In this document: positions 11,434-24,033 of the stretch, piece by piece | How positions within the stretch are numbered: position 1 is the first letter of the stretch | How the letters are laid out: each line of letters begins with the position of its first letter | Assembly: GCA_040954595.2 (NCBI GenBank) | Contig: CM082576.2 | Coordinates: forward strand, 14,821,129-14,885,128 | DNA: 64,000 nt | Source: Balanoglossus misakiensis | Taxonomy: Eukaryota; Animalia; Hemichordata | Reading direction: 5' to 3' | Position numbers and translations under genes: made by a program | The notes under the pieces: model-generated | Databases searched by the model: none | Seen by the model: only the letters and a program-made list of their open reading frames with translations | Told to the model about the DNA's origin: nothing

Positions 11434-11998
11434 CTGCAAATGACAGTACATGGCAAATAAAATGTCACTCCTGTGATTAATTTGCAAAAGGTGTTGCACG
11501 GACAAACTAGTGTTCTAATGAAATTCAGTGAGTGAACGATCTTTAAGCCATTCATTATCACATAGGAAGACAATCGCGTCAAGAAATACAAACACTTCAG
11601 AAACATTCACAGCAACTAGTCTTCATATCGACACATCTTGTCAAAGCATTATCAATTATTCATAATTATTTCATAATACATGGTCCTGCAAGTAACAAGG
11701 CGATGTCCATAAAGACATTTTATGACATGAGATGACTACAGTACACAGTGCAGCTCTTAAATCATAGAATTACATTTGATGATCTGTCTTCTGTACCGTA
11801 GTAGTGCATAATTGAAGACAACTTCATTTTCATTACTATGGCACCTCAAATTTCACAATTGTATGAATGACCGAAATTAAATTTTCCTTAAAACAAAACA
11901 TGCAAATTCACTACACAAGCTTCAAACTCGTCATATGAATATAAGTGAAAGCAACAATTACGGTCCAAAATAAAACCAAATAAAAAAGCGCTACTTAC

Positions 11999-12078
11999 TG
12001 TTTTTGAAGACTGATCATTGGACATATGTTGTTAGCTCTTGTATTATGTGTTATTCTGGTAAGTGCTTCTACCCATTG
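11999..12078 (-). CDS. PLCB4: PLC-beta exon, end of PH domain, 80 nt, phase 0-2 (missed by ORF track)
   Basis: aatcag|CAA...CA|gtaagt. Translates QWVEALTRITHNTRANNICPMISLQK(H), matching PLCB4 [27 protein letters not shown]. Confidence 0.95.
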
Positions 12079-13882
12079 CTGATTGACAAAAAGAAAATAT
12101 GTTAGATTGGTTTAATGTCTTTGACATTTTCTGGGTAGTGCATCTCTGAGATTACATGCATTATGGCTGAAATATTAATGATCAAATTCATCAGAAAATG
12201 TAACTTTAATCAGGGCTGGTATTTGAGGAATCATTAATGTGAACTGCCCAATATTTATCATTGGTTTAGAGAACAAAAGTCCACCAAATGCTATCTCTAC
12301 ATTTTGTATATTTTCCTAGCTTGACTCCTTACTTCACTGACAATATAAAAGGTTTTACTAAATTTACCCGGTAACTCAAAATGACTGTTTCAGATATTAC
12401 TTTGTAAAATGTGAATACTTAAAAGTCTATCTGGGCAGCCCTCAATTAAAGCCTAGCTCACATCACCAGAAAATACCTCCCTCACAAATTTTATAGTACA
12501 CACATGCATACACACAGACTGTATGGCAGGTGTACCAGCATTTTATCTCTAATGACTCTTCCATAGCAGGCTCCCCTTTCCGACAACAATGACCATGGCT
12601 TGAGGAGACAGGCCAGCCAATGGGCACAAAACCAAAAGATATTTCATTCAGTAAATAGCAAGATGTATGTTTCTCTTGGAATGGTGCTGTGGCCATTTTC
12701 CGCTGTCCACTTATCAGCGATGTCAATTCATTATTGAATGATCTCACTGAAGTATGGACAGGTGCCTTCAGATGCTACATGTATATGCAAATGCAAGACG
12801 TGAGTCGCATTTTCGAAGCTGATAGTGATAGGACAGTTGCATGCAATTCCTGCAACTTCTATCTGTGACTACTCACACTTCCCAGCTTCATCCTCTATCT
12901 GTGATCAAATGCAGTAAATGCGCCACAAATGTGTCATTCGTGTACTGTATTCATTAACAGCTTGGGTTTGAGGGTGTTAATATTGTAAAACTTCCTAGTT
13001 TTTAATTAAAACTTGAAAGAGTGAATGGAAAATTGGTGAATGAATATCAACACAATTTCTTAGTGCGCTTAAGTGACGGTCAGGCAAATTTTCTTCATCA
13101 TTGGAACTGGGTGCCCATTGGGTGCACAGTGTAGTCTAGTCGTAAATCGCGCTTGCAGACCCCAGTTTAAGGAAAATCTTAATTTGAGAAATTTTATGTT
13201 TTAGACTGAAGGCAGGACAATCATTTGCGAAGTGTGAGGCAGTTGGGGGGGGGGGGATTCTAAACTACCCACATTTAAAGCCAAGTCAGGTATTTCCAAT
13301 CATATTACATATGAAACTCAGAACCAGTAATCAAATAAACTTTTTGAAGTAAATATTGATGTCACCAATAAACTTCTTGCCAGACATTAAAATAAAAAGC
13401 TGGCAGACACTGACGTTGGTGTTGCTAAGCGATTGGTGTTGATATGCAAAATACGGTACTGTGATTTTTATGGCAACTGGTTCACTGAGCAAACCAATGT
13501 TCTAATGGTATGTGTGGACAAGGTAACCGATACCACAGCTCTAATCATTGCAAAGAATGCATTCCTTCACACCTGTCTAAAGATTTTATCTGAAGGGAAA
13601 TAAATGCACTGATTTGGATTGATAGTACACATACTGTTGAGTGACAAAATAAAAAAAAAATTGCAAATTTGTTTGAGTAGATTGTGAACAATCACCAGCT
13701 TGTTTTATTGAGAACATTGCAGCATTTTTTTTTCAATTTTAAACCTCTTTTTGTCTACGTTTTGGAGATTGACCACGAAACCCAATCCGTATTTGAATCA
13801 GGTTATAGGTCAAAGTTCAAAGGGTAATTTACAGGTCAAAGTTCAATAGATATGCTGGTAGACCAATGAGAGAGGGGCTCAC

Positions 13883-14023
13883 CTTTGCCGTAGCTGTACT
13901 ATCAGCAACCATCGTCATGTAATTCACATTGACAAGATCCAAGCCACTGCAAACAGTAATGGACCTATCCTCAAGTTCTCGGGAACCATCCGGGTCCATA
14001 ACGGAGTAAATTTTGCTGTTTTC
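13883..14023 (-). CDS. PLCB4: Phospholipase C-beta (PLCB4/norpA-like) exon, C-terminal part of PH domain, 141 nt, phase 0-0
   Basis: ttgcag|GAA...AAG|gtgagc. Translates ENSKIYSVMDPDGSRELEDRSITVCSGLDLVNVNYMTMVADSTATAK, matching the PLCB4/NorpA pattern 'LE.R.I.VCSG.DLVN.....VA.....K'. Confidence 0.93.
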
Positions 14024-14227
14024 CTGCAATATAAAGACAGAAGCATTTTGGGAATTAGATACAAGTCTTGAAACGAGTCTGATTATGAACTGCCAAATGA
14101 TGACAGATTAAGGGATAATGACGAGATTGTAAAGCCATCTATGTTTTGATATAAGTTTGGAATCTGGATGTAGGTTATTGCTTTTCGAGATAAGAGACAG
14201 GAATGAGATAATGTAACATATAATTAA

Positions 14228-14960
14228 GGTGGCATTGCATGAAAAGTTGTGATTTTTGCCAAATTTTACTTTTTTACATAAATCGGTAGGCCTAATACTG
14301 ACCCACAACCTGACTAATACGTCTTGGCGGAAATGGTGCATAATCACCCCAAAATAGCACTTTTCTGAATGAGTTCACAGCTTAACAAATAGGTGTCAAC
14401 AATGCAAATAGCCGTTTTTCTCAGTTTGCATTTTCGCTGCTCTTGACAACTTCGGACTAAAATAGCTTCGCCCTGCAAGGGCCGAATTTGCTCAAATTTT
14501 GACAGGGAATTGTGTATGACCCATCCAACAAAACGCTAGTTTTGTTTGTCGGTAAAGTGTCCCTGGCGGGAATAAACTCTGATTCAATACAACTCACCGT
14601 GAATTTGATCAAATTTTCTGAAAATCTAACTTTTAAACGCTGTTACTCCTCAATGGAAGCAGATAACGCAAAACAAAATTAGCGTTTTTTTGCACGTGTA
14701 CTCTAGTTTTGAATGACATATTAAGATGCATGATGCATGGTCAACTTTTTTACCTATTTTAAATTTCATGACATAATATCAAAAGATGGGTTTTTTCACC
14801 CAAAATCGCCACCATTTCCGGGGATCAATAATATTTGCAACTCAAACAAAAGTTCAAAATCTCAGCTTCCAGAATATATATGGTTTATGGGGGTTTTAAC
14901 TTTTTCTTTGATGAGAAATAGGCCTCTGAAAAAGTCTCGACGGTTTCATGCAGTGCCACC
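14228..14960. mobile_element. Non-autonomous DNA transposon, Kolobok-like, 733 bp, copy 2 (same orientation as copy 1)
   Basis: TTAA at 14224-14227 and 14961-14964. Same TIRs with one mismatch, colinear with 9843-10575. Confidence 0.88.
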
Positions 14961-17910
14961 TTAAATTGGAGGTGGAACCAGATTGATAATGTTGACTCTT
15001 CGAATTACTTGAAGATGTCGACCATAATAAACGAGATTTGGTACCTAGTGCACGACATTTCCTCCACAGCTCACATGACAACAGACGAGACGGGATACAA
15101 ATCAAACGTACTCCAAAATATAGATAATTAGGTAATTTACAAAGACTTCAGAATCGAGAGAGGCCATGTTCAACCCACTTGAAACCTCTCATTAGAAGAC
15201 ACACACCCCTGTAGTCGGTCAGCATATCATGCACAGATTACTGTCTATAATCTCTGATAATTAAATTATTCAAGTTTAAATTAGAACGGAACCCTATGGA
15301 AGTGCCTGGAAACGTCTCAGTCAATTTAATTACACTATCAGAGATACTAGCAACATATGTTTGTTGTTAAACAGAAACAGTTGATGAACGTCTGGTAGGA
15401 TGTGAAGGGCAAGGACTTCTACTGAACAGAATGGTGAGTGTCGGCCATCATAATATCTGGGGGTGGTCAAATGCAATTACAGAATACATAGAGCTGTTCA
15501 CATTCCAGAAACATGTTTTCTACTTCAAAGCTCTGCAAAACAACCATTTCGGATGATTTCCATTGGCGTGTAAGAAATTGAAAATCTTAAATTTTTAATA
15601 ATCACTTCATGAAACATCCCCCTAATAAAGATGTAGGTCTTAATTGGTGCAACAAGTTTACAATTTCGGTTCAATCAGGTATTCATACTACAGTGTCACA
15701 AAAATGAATTTTTCAAAATTAATTATCACAAACAAATGTAAACACAGTTTCTTAATCGGGCACATACATTTGAGATATCACCAATAAATGTGTGTGCACT
15801 GAGTCAAAGTATTGGGCCGATAATATCTTGGGATCGATCAGTATATTTTCAGGGTTTTTTTTCATAATTTTTATAGATCTGGTACTTCTTATTTTGGTAT
15901 TAAATGACAGTCATGCGTTTTCAGTCTGTTTAGACTACTAAGCTATTTGTGAAACGCTAAATTCCATTTGAAAGTTAAATGGGGCATAATGTAATATTAG
16001 CAGGTATCATGGGTCTATTATAAGCAACTCGGTTTTGTGAATTTTTTTTGTATTATAAAAATAAAGTGTCCCAAATAAATGAAGTATTCCTGTTATAATC
16101 AGAATCTACTTCTGGAAGAGCTGTAAACAAAGGTTTGGAATTTTACGATTACAAACAAATTTGCTGGTACAATGCATAATCGGCCACTATCCGTGCTTGT
16201 ATAACGCTGTATCCCACGTCACTGTGTATTATTTCATGTCAAAGGTCAAACCACATTATCTAGGGTTTTTGAAGTCTGTACAGAAGTCACTAATTGCAGC
16301 TGTAGAGATACGCCCAGTGTCACACAAATCTTGGCTTGTTATATGAGTGGCAACTGACTATACGCTAATAATAGATGAAAAAAATTGACAGCTAGAACTG
16401 TGAAAGTAAATTCACAAAACAACCTGCTGAACAATATTACTGTTTTCATCATAATTTGTGCACATCATAATAACAACCAAGGACTTTCCAAATTAAATTT
16501 AAAAATAAAGTGCAACCCCCCCCCCCCCCCAACAATCTACATGTACATGTATATATGATCTAACTGAGGTACAGGAAAAACAATTTTACAAGCAACACAT
16601 GTACAATACATATATGTACCAGTACATAGGATACCAACTGATCCAATAGACACCTGGTGATACATGTACACACTTATATACCAAGTGGGAGCTAAAATGA
16701 TCTGATCATTAAACCTTTAGATTATAATATAGTGGGGGAACTAAACCTGTACATACAATAAAGGTAATGCCACAAGTAAATCATTGAAAATTAGTGCTAT
16801 AATGTTGATACTCTATCATTCTAATACAGGAAGGACTTGGGAATTTGACCTCTGAAAGGTTAAACTGATATACTTCATCCAGAACACTCGTACCATATCA
16901 GCAAACAAATTGATGTCTACTATGAGTTATAAATACATGTGCTACACAGCTGGACTTCAGATATGTCTCTGACTTCTATCACCATGGAGATGCTAATAAA
17001 GCAGGACTAAAAACCTATTCAGTATGGCCTGATTACACATTAAAACACATTAATGGTTAGTATAATTATGGTTAATGGTTAGTATAAGACTAATACAAGA
17101 TGCTATCTATCGTATTCCAACTGTTTGATATTTCATTCAAAATTACACTTTTCCAAATCCTCTGATGACCTGTGGCCTTTGGATATGAAAGAGGATGTCA
17201 TCTTCTGGACTACACATTGCAAACCTCTCTCTAAGAAACTCACAAGAAAATCTTCTAACATGGGTCATTTTGTGCAGGCAAGCAGGCAGTGAGACAGATA
17301 TTAGAAAGACAGATCATTCGGAAGCCAGCATGGCCCTTCATGCATTTATCTTCTCACAAAAACCTCACATATTGTGTAGTTTATTGACCTGATCTAGAAA
17401 TGCACACTGTGTTCAGTCGTTATAATTTTCTATGAATTATGCCAGGCATGTCCATGGGAGAAAACAACTTGAGTATTATAGCATTATTCCTCACACAATT
17501 TGCATATGACATCTAGAAACGAATGTATTAAGAATGAGAGTAATGTATTCAACAGACAGCTCCACAGGAGTCAAGCTTCTTTCCATAATATACACGTAAG
17601 CAGCATGCTAGAAATCTCTCTCTCTTTCTCTCTCTCTTTCTCGTCATGAATCGTATAAGAAGACAGTCCCAGTATTCCAAAAAGGATGAATTCTGTGATA
17701 CCATCTATACATACTTAACAAACAAGCTTCTTTACTTGCATTGGAACAAACACACACAGAGATCTGACTTTATATTACTATGAGGATCTATTGATTATTT
17801 CAGTATTTCTGATCTGAAAGTCTTTACTGCTATCAGTATCACCCTGTGTTCCTATGACCTTCTCCGCTATTGTTGTCAGGGGAGCCTCAGCAGAAATATG
17901 TCACACAGTC

Positions 17911-18018
17911 GTTGCCAGGCAACAGTGATGTTCATTTCGGATAGTGACATGTGACATCCACTTGGTGACCATGGCGATAGTCCCTCTGGTGGAGTATCGC
18001 ATATGTATCTATGGCAAC
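17911..18018. promoter_or_regulatory. Cluster of RFX X-box-like motifs (putative intronic enhancer)
   Basis: GTTGCCAGGCAAC (17911-17923, palindromic half-sites), GTGACCATGGCGAT (17965-17978) and GTATCTATGGCAAC (18005-18018). Confidence 0.4.
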
Positions 18019-18167
18019 AACTACTTATCAGTATGCAGGCAGTTCTAAAATAAACTGCATGTACGCAGCAGCATCTATTAAAATCTGCATGTCACTCAAA
18101 CATTCGATTGCCAGACAGCAGCACTTGGAGTGGTAGCCACTTTCACTATTTTTACAGCCCCCCCAAA

Positions 18168-18243
18168 AAAACAACAACAACAACAACAACCCAACAACAA
18201 CAACAACAACAACAACAACAAACAAACAAACAAACAAACAAAC
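18168..18243. repeat. Compound (CAA)n(AAAC)n microsatellite
   Basis: Read directly. It explains the poly-V/L/C ORFs at 18028-18343. Confidence 0.95.
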
Positions 18244-18669
18244 CCCAATTTATGGTGTTTAACAAATGAAATTGTTGATGCCAACTGTTATAGTTCATAG
18301 ATACCAAAGCAAATTTCAGTAAAGATATCTCATTCACATACATGATATGTACTGTATGTAATCAAGGCATACAGAATTTCATTCACTTTTACAGTGAAAA
18401 TTTATAAACAGAGGCATTGAAGGAAACAGTTTGTGTCTAATGATGCAGAGAAAATGTGACTGACAGTACCTATTAAAGAAGTATATATATTGCGATGCTG
18501 TGTTCATCTTCAGTTTAAAGAGACATTAGCTGTAACTAAAATTTTCAGCATTTATGTTCTGTGTACCAAATGCAATTTCTTTTTCTAAGTCCAAGGGCAA
18601 TTCATCATGCTTCAGGGAGGTGAACAAGAAACTGCAGTTTATACACAAAACATTTTTTTTGAAAACATA

Positions 18670-18877
18670 CTGTAAAACACTTTATTTTCACAAGCAATTA
18701 ATTTTCGCCAAATACGCCAGAGCCAAAATAGCGTGAAAATAAAAAGTCGCGTAAATTGTATTTGAAGATAACGATGCAGTGAATGAAATAAGAGAACGCG
18801 AAAATTAATACTCGCGAAACAGTGGCCTCTCTCGATATCGCGAAAAATTTAACTCGTGAAAATAAAGTGTTTTACAG
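18670..18877 (+). mobile_element. CTGTAAAA-family TA-flanked MITE, copy A
   Basis: TA|CTGTAAAACACTTTATTTTC ... GAAAATAAAGTGTTTTACAG|TA with internal CGCGAAA repeats. Four copies in the window. Confidence 0.85.
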
Positions 18878-19025
18878 TAGCGAAAAGTTACAGCTAATTT
18901 ATGGAGTTTAAGACTGGTTGTATTTGTCATCATGGTATATTTATATTATACAACTATTAAGAGTAAACTGATGGGCCTAGTGTCTGCATGAATCATCAGT
19001 TGATGTTTAGTACATTTCAACATGT

Positions 19026-19504
19026 CTATAGAGGAAGGCAGAAGACACCACATCGACCCAGCAGACAGACATTGTAAATTTTGTAACACCAAAGCAGTTG
19101 AAGATGAGTACCACTTTCTAGTAATTTGTCCACTGTATAACAATCTCAGAGTACGATACTTACCAACTGATCTGTTTTTAGAGCCAAACTTTTATAAGTT
19201 TACCAGTGTAATGAACACAAATGATTCAGACACCATACTCAGACTTTGTAATTTTGTTCATAGAGCAGTCAAGCTCAGAGAAAGAGCTGATGCAAATGTA
19301 TAACATTTTCACTCCTGATTTGTAATGGTCTCCCACTGTAACTTTCTTCCGTTTTCATTATCCACGTGATGTTTGTATCTTTTTGTTTTGTTTTTGTTTT
19401 GTTTTGACGAAGTAATGGAAATACTGAATGTAACCCCCCTTTGCACATGGGCCGGAGGCCTTGAAACGCAAATAAAGCATTATTATTATTATTATATTAT
19501 TATT
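19026..19504 (+). mobile_element. RTE-X-like LINE 3' fragment (different family from 32969-35528)
   Basis: Encodes DRHCKFCNTKAVEDEYHFLVICPLY. AATAAA at 19471, (ATT)n tail, and 12-bp TSD ATTTCAACATGT at 19014-19025 and 19505-19516. Confidence 0.9.
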
Positions 19505-21770
19505 ATTTCAACATGTTACATAAAATATTTATCACTTCATTTTAAAATTATGATCTTTCCTACACAAACATCATCATAAATTGTAAACAAGTTATAAGTG
19601 GTATGTAGTTATTGCCTGAAGCATGCCTATCAAATAAATAGTATCTGAATTTTTGCTGTATTTGAGATTAAAAACAAAACTATCAATCAAATTTGTCAAA
19701 AAAGTTTTAATGCTATATTTACAATCTGAGAAGGAAATAAAAGCATTGCTTTGCTGTTGATTTTAAAGAGAATTAATTTGATGCAAATGAATCGAACATG
19801 TAGTTATTTATGACCCCTGTTCGGAGCACACATGCATTATGCATACATTTCAGTTTTCCAATAAAAAAATTCATAAACTTGACCTTATTCTGGGGAGATC
19901 ACATGCAGCCTGAATCTACAAAAAAATATGACGACAGTGAATGAATATCAAACTTATGAATTTACACCAAGTGGTGTGCATGCTGTGTTTTGTGTTTGAA
20001 CTATCTGTGCAATCATATAGACCCAGCAGCTGGTTAAACCAACCATCTACCATCTCCATACTTCAAAATCTTATTGGCAAAATTTGTTCAAATTGACTTG
20101 AAACTCTTTAGAACCTTACATGTAATTTAAAAAGTGCAACATCCTTGCCTGTGTCTTTATAAATTTGAAGAATTTTATCTGTGGCTATCTATTACAAATG
20201 CTGATTTTTTTGCAGCAATTTCACCTTTGGCTTCTTGTTTTCCCCAGATGACATTTTGCTACACTACATGTCTTGATATGACAATCAAAAAGGCTGCAAA
20301 GAGTGTTCTTAGTCACTTTCACTCAGAACAGTGCAATTAGAGTTGTTAATCAGTCTCAATATTATTTTTCTATATCCCGGTAATGAACCCATTAATTGAA
20401 AAATCTACATCTAATTTCAGAAGAAAATGTCATCAAGGGATTTGTGGATACAGCAAACATCTGCACCAGATAAAATATCAAAGAATGGATATAAATACAA
20501 ATTCACAGAAACACAGGAGAACTGCACATCAATCACCAGTAAGACCATCATGTATTTTTGGAAGGTGATTCTGTTATCAGCGAGTTAAAGCACTGGGCTG
20601 AAGTATTACGTACAATCATTTGATCGTATTATTACCCGTGGTAAATGACCGGCAAAAGAACCACTTAGTCATTTACTGCCTGGTGCATTTGCATAATGCT
20701 TTCACTTACAGCTTACATGCAGTCAGTTTTGGATGGCTAAAAATAGCCCTGAAGTGAAATGATCAAACTGGCAGTGGCTCACTGATCACCAGCTTTGAGG
20801 AGGCACCGACGTTTTGCAAAGCATTGTGGGTACTGTGAGTATTCGAGAAAGGACGACGTGTTCTTGCGAAGCTGTACGGGTTACACCTCAAAAATTCACT
20901 TCCAAGGGATTAAAGGGGTTACACATCGAGCCTTAAGTCCAAGATTAAAGAAATTGACTTGTCAAGTTAACATGGCTACTTTTAGATTCCAATTTCCTAT
21001 GTGCCCTTGCAGCTAACATTCACTCAACACATCAAATTTACCATTATGGCTTCAAAGTGTAAGTCAGTGAGATAGACTTTAATACTGATGCAAAATCAAA
21101 ATAATGTAATGTCATACCCAAGGAGGAGATGTCACAGAAATAGAAAATCAGAATTAACAAGTCATTGTCAATGACCTAGTCCCCACTGCCACTTGATCAG
21201 GTGATTATTAAAGTCATGATGCACACAGGCAGTTCTCAAAATGATATCCAATGTTTCAAAATGTCAAAATCTTACAAGCTCTGGATGATCACACATCCAG
21301 TCTCCACGTTTTTTAAAATGCTACAAAAAACAAGAATGGTGCTAAGCATGAATGTTTTCGTACTGTATAGAGAAATAGTGCTACTTAGATACATTGTACT
21401 AGCACATGGAGGTACCTCCATGATTGGGGTGCAACTAATGCTGGAGGAGTGTTATTACCCATCTTCGCCCGCCAATATCATTCTGGGAGACTGGTTGAGC
21501 CGGCCAACGCCCCGTGCGATCGGACGATGGTTATTACTAGCACCTGTTTGGCATTCAGATTCTGTGGGCACAACCTAAGCACATCCTCGACACCTCTTTC
21601 ATTTGTCACAATATTGGCAGGAGGTGTGAACGCACGCAACTGTGATGTGTTTGTCATTAGGGACTTTGGAAACACCAGCAGAGTGTGACGACAAAAAAGT
21701 GTTTCAAGAAGTGACAACTTTGTGTGAGTGGGGCTCTAAGTACTTTGATAGCAAAACTTGTATTAGAGTA

Positions 21771-21986
21771 CTGTAAAATATGTTATTTTCGTGAGTTGAA
21801 ATTTTCGCGATATCGAGAGAGGCCACTGACACTGTTTCGCGAGTGTTAATTTTCACGTTCTGTAGTATTTCATTCACAGCATCGTTATCTTCAAAAGAAA
21901 TTTACTCGACTTTTTATTTAAATGCTATTTTGGCTCTCGCGTATTTCGCGAAATTTTATTGCTCGCGAAAACATAGTGTTTTACAG
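21771..21986 (-). mobile_element. CTGTAAAA-family MITE, copy B (inverted relative to A)
   Basis: TA|CTGTAAAATATG ... GTGTTTTACAG|TA. Interior is the reverse complement of copy A (GATATCGAGAGAGGCCACTG). Confidence 0.85.
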
Positions 21987-22454
21987 TATGTTCTGTGTAT
22001 AAGTCAATTCTATGAATTATACACATGTAAGCTCAAAGACCCTGGAGCGACCAGGGTCCATGGCCAGTGTATACACTCCTTGTCTGCATCTACACTGCTA
22101 CAATAAACGTGTACCTATGGTTGCAGAAGGACATGTATGTCAAGGAGAAATTTCCCTTTCCTGGTAAACCCAGATACCCTTTTATCGCTGACACTATTTC
22201 GTGCTATACCGGTACTGGCCTCTCTGTCTGGGGATGCGGAAAACATACGCAACCATCACTGACACTGACGATTTTCACTGTCTGAGACCAGATGTCACTT
22301 TGTGTCTCCTGCACTCTCCAAATTCAATTATCATTGTAAAATTATTCATGGATATGCTGACTTGTAGAATGTTAAAATTACCTTTTTTATTACGCATACC
22401 GTAATGATAAGAGGGTAACTGACAATAATTTGTTACACTGAGGGGAAGAGTTAA

Positions 22455-22582
22455 AGGTATACAGTTGCCTCAAATTTACATATGCCCATACATGTATATG
22501 GCTGAAATGGTGTATTTGAGCGTTCTAAAGAACATACATGTATGGTAACTATAGGTAATTTTCCATAGGTGACCGTATACCT
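22455..22582. mobile_element. TTAA-flanked MITE, Kolobok-like, 128 bp
   Basis: TTAA|AGGTATACAGTTGCCT ... AGGTGACCGTATACCT|TTAA, imperfect 16-bp TIR. Confidence 0.75.
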
Positions 22583-24033
22583 TTAACTGTCCTGACTGCA
22601 ATTTTTGAGACAAAATGTTTTTCAGATATGACTGATGGGTAGACCCCAGATTTCAACACTGTGAGTAATATGCAGTTGCATTAAAAGGTTTGTACTGTAA
22701 AGCCAACCTTCTTAGAATAGACTTTGTCTGAATGTTTTTGGACCAACTAAGATGTCCATCTAAATTCTATGAACACGCCAATAAAAGATGTAGCTTCAAC
22801 CTAAAATCGATAACCTCATTATTTATGAGGACGACACCGTTAATTGAAATATTTCTTCAGCGGCTTCTAAAAAGGATGTAATTTGTTTTGATATTAAATG
22901 TTATTTGCACTTCACCCGTCAACTACAGCGTGTAAATTGAATGTCAACAGCATTCATATTAAATTTGCACTGACGCACAGGAAATGTGTGGAATAGATTG
23001 GTGTCATCGGCAAATTATCATAACTTCAATAAAACGTGAGGAAAGAGCAATATCGTTTATGAATGCCGGTAGTGGGAAACCAGGGGAGATCCAAGGACAG
23101 ACCTTTGTGATAGTAAGGAGCTTTCTATCTGTGGAAATAACAATGCTTAGTTGTCGCACGATAAAAGATTGATAACTTGATTGATGGCTGACTCAGTGAC
23201 TGACAGATTGATTGACTGATTGATTAACACAGTTGTTTATCTTCAACTTTTGAAGAAACAACAGCTAATTACCAGCATTTCTGCAAGTTTTAATATTCAA
23301 GACAACTGTCGGTTGAAACAAATCTGTGACTTTTGCGAAGATAGATTCCAAGAGGAGCGCCAACAAATGAACCAGAAACAAACAGATAAGCATTGTTTCT
23401 TGATTGGTCTTGTGTATTGGTTATGCCAACGAATGAACCATAAATCTGCCATCTGTTTTGTACAGACCACTTATGGCTTTGCATTGCAATGTGATGATGG
23501 ACGATAATATTCCTCATAGGGAAGCCATCTTTGTAATTTCTTCATTCCCGGAGATCACGATTGGAACGTATCTACAAATTGGAAATCTACAAATGATAGG
23601 ACTATTAGAATGAAAACATTTCTGTGAAAAGTTCTGAATTTTCAAGGGTAATTTTGACTCATACTGGTACATTCATCAAACTGGTTGAAACTGTTTATTA
23701 CAATCTAGCATTTGAGCTGTAGTCTAATATTCAATTTGATGGATTCGACGAGTATATTGGTGGCAGTATTAAATAGTCTTACATTTTCTGAATGTTTCTG
23801 ATACAATGCACATTGACTTCTCGGAACCGAGCAGATACAATCCGGGCTTTTCCCGATACCTGGAATGCCCTCCGGGGATTTACTGATGAATCCAGAAAAA
23901 GTCGGTTAAATCCGCCGCAATGTTTTTAACATCTCACCTTTAGCATCACCTCCATTGACGGAATCCAAATGGTTCAAAATAAATGGACACATGCACTTTG
24001 TGTATTTAAAAACAGTGGCACATAGCCACTTTC

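Noticed and set aside
12747-12773. 27-nt phase-0 exon-like segment (HLKAPVHTS) with A|gtgaga donor
   Set aside because: Poor pyrimidine tract, and it would interrupt the conserved C-terminal PH helix.
15489-16135. Repeat-like AT-rich block (similar blocks at about 2150-3830, 38350-38870 and 61150-62030)
   Set aside because: Probably old DNA transposons, but no paired TIRs or TSDs could be established, so they are not annotated.
18028-18343. ORFs with poly-Val, poly-Leu and poly-Cys runs
   Set aside because: They are translations of the (CAA)n(AAAC)n microsatellite.
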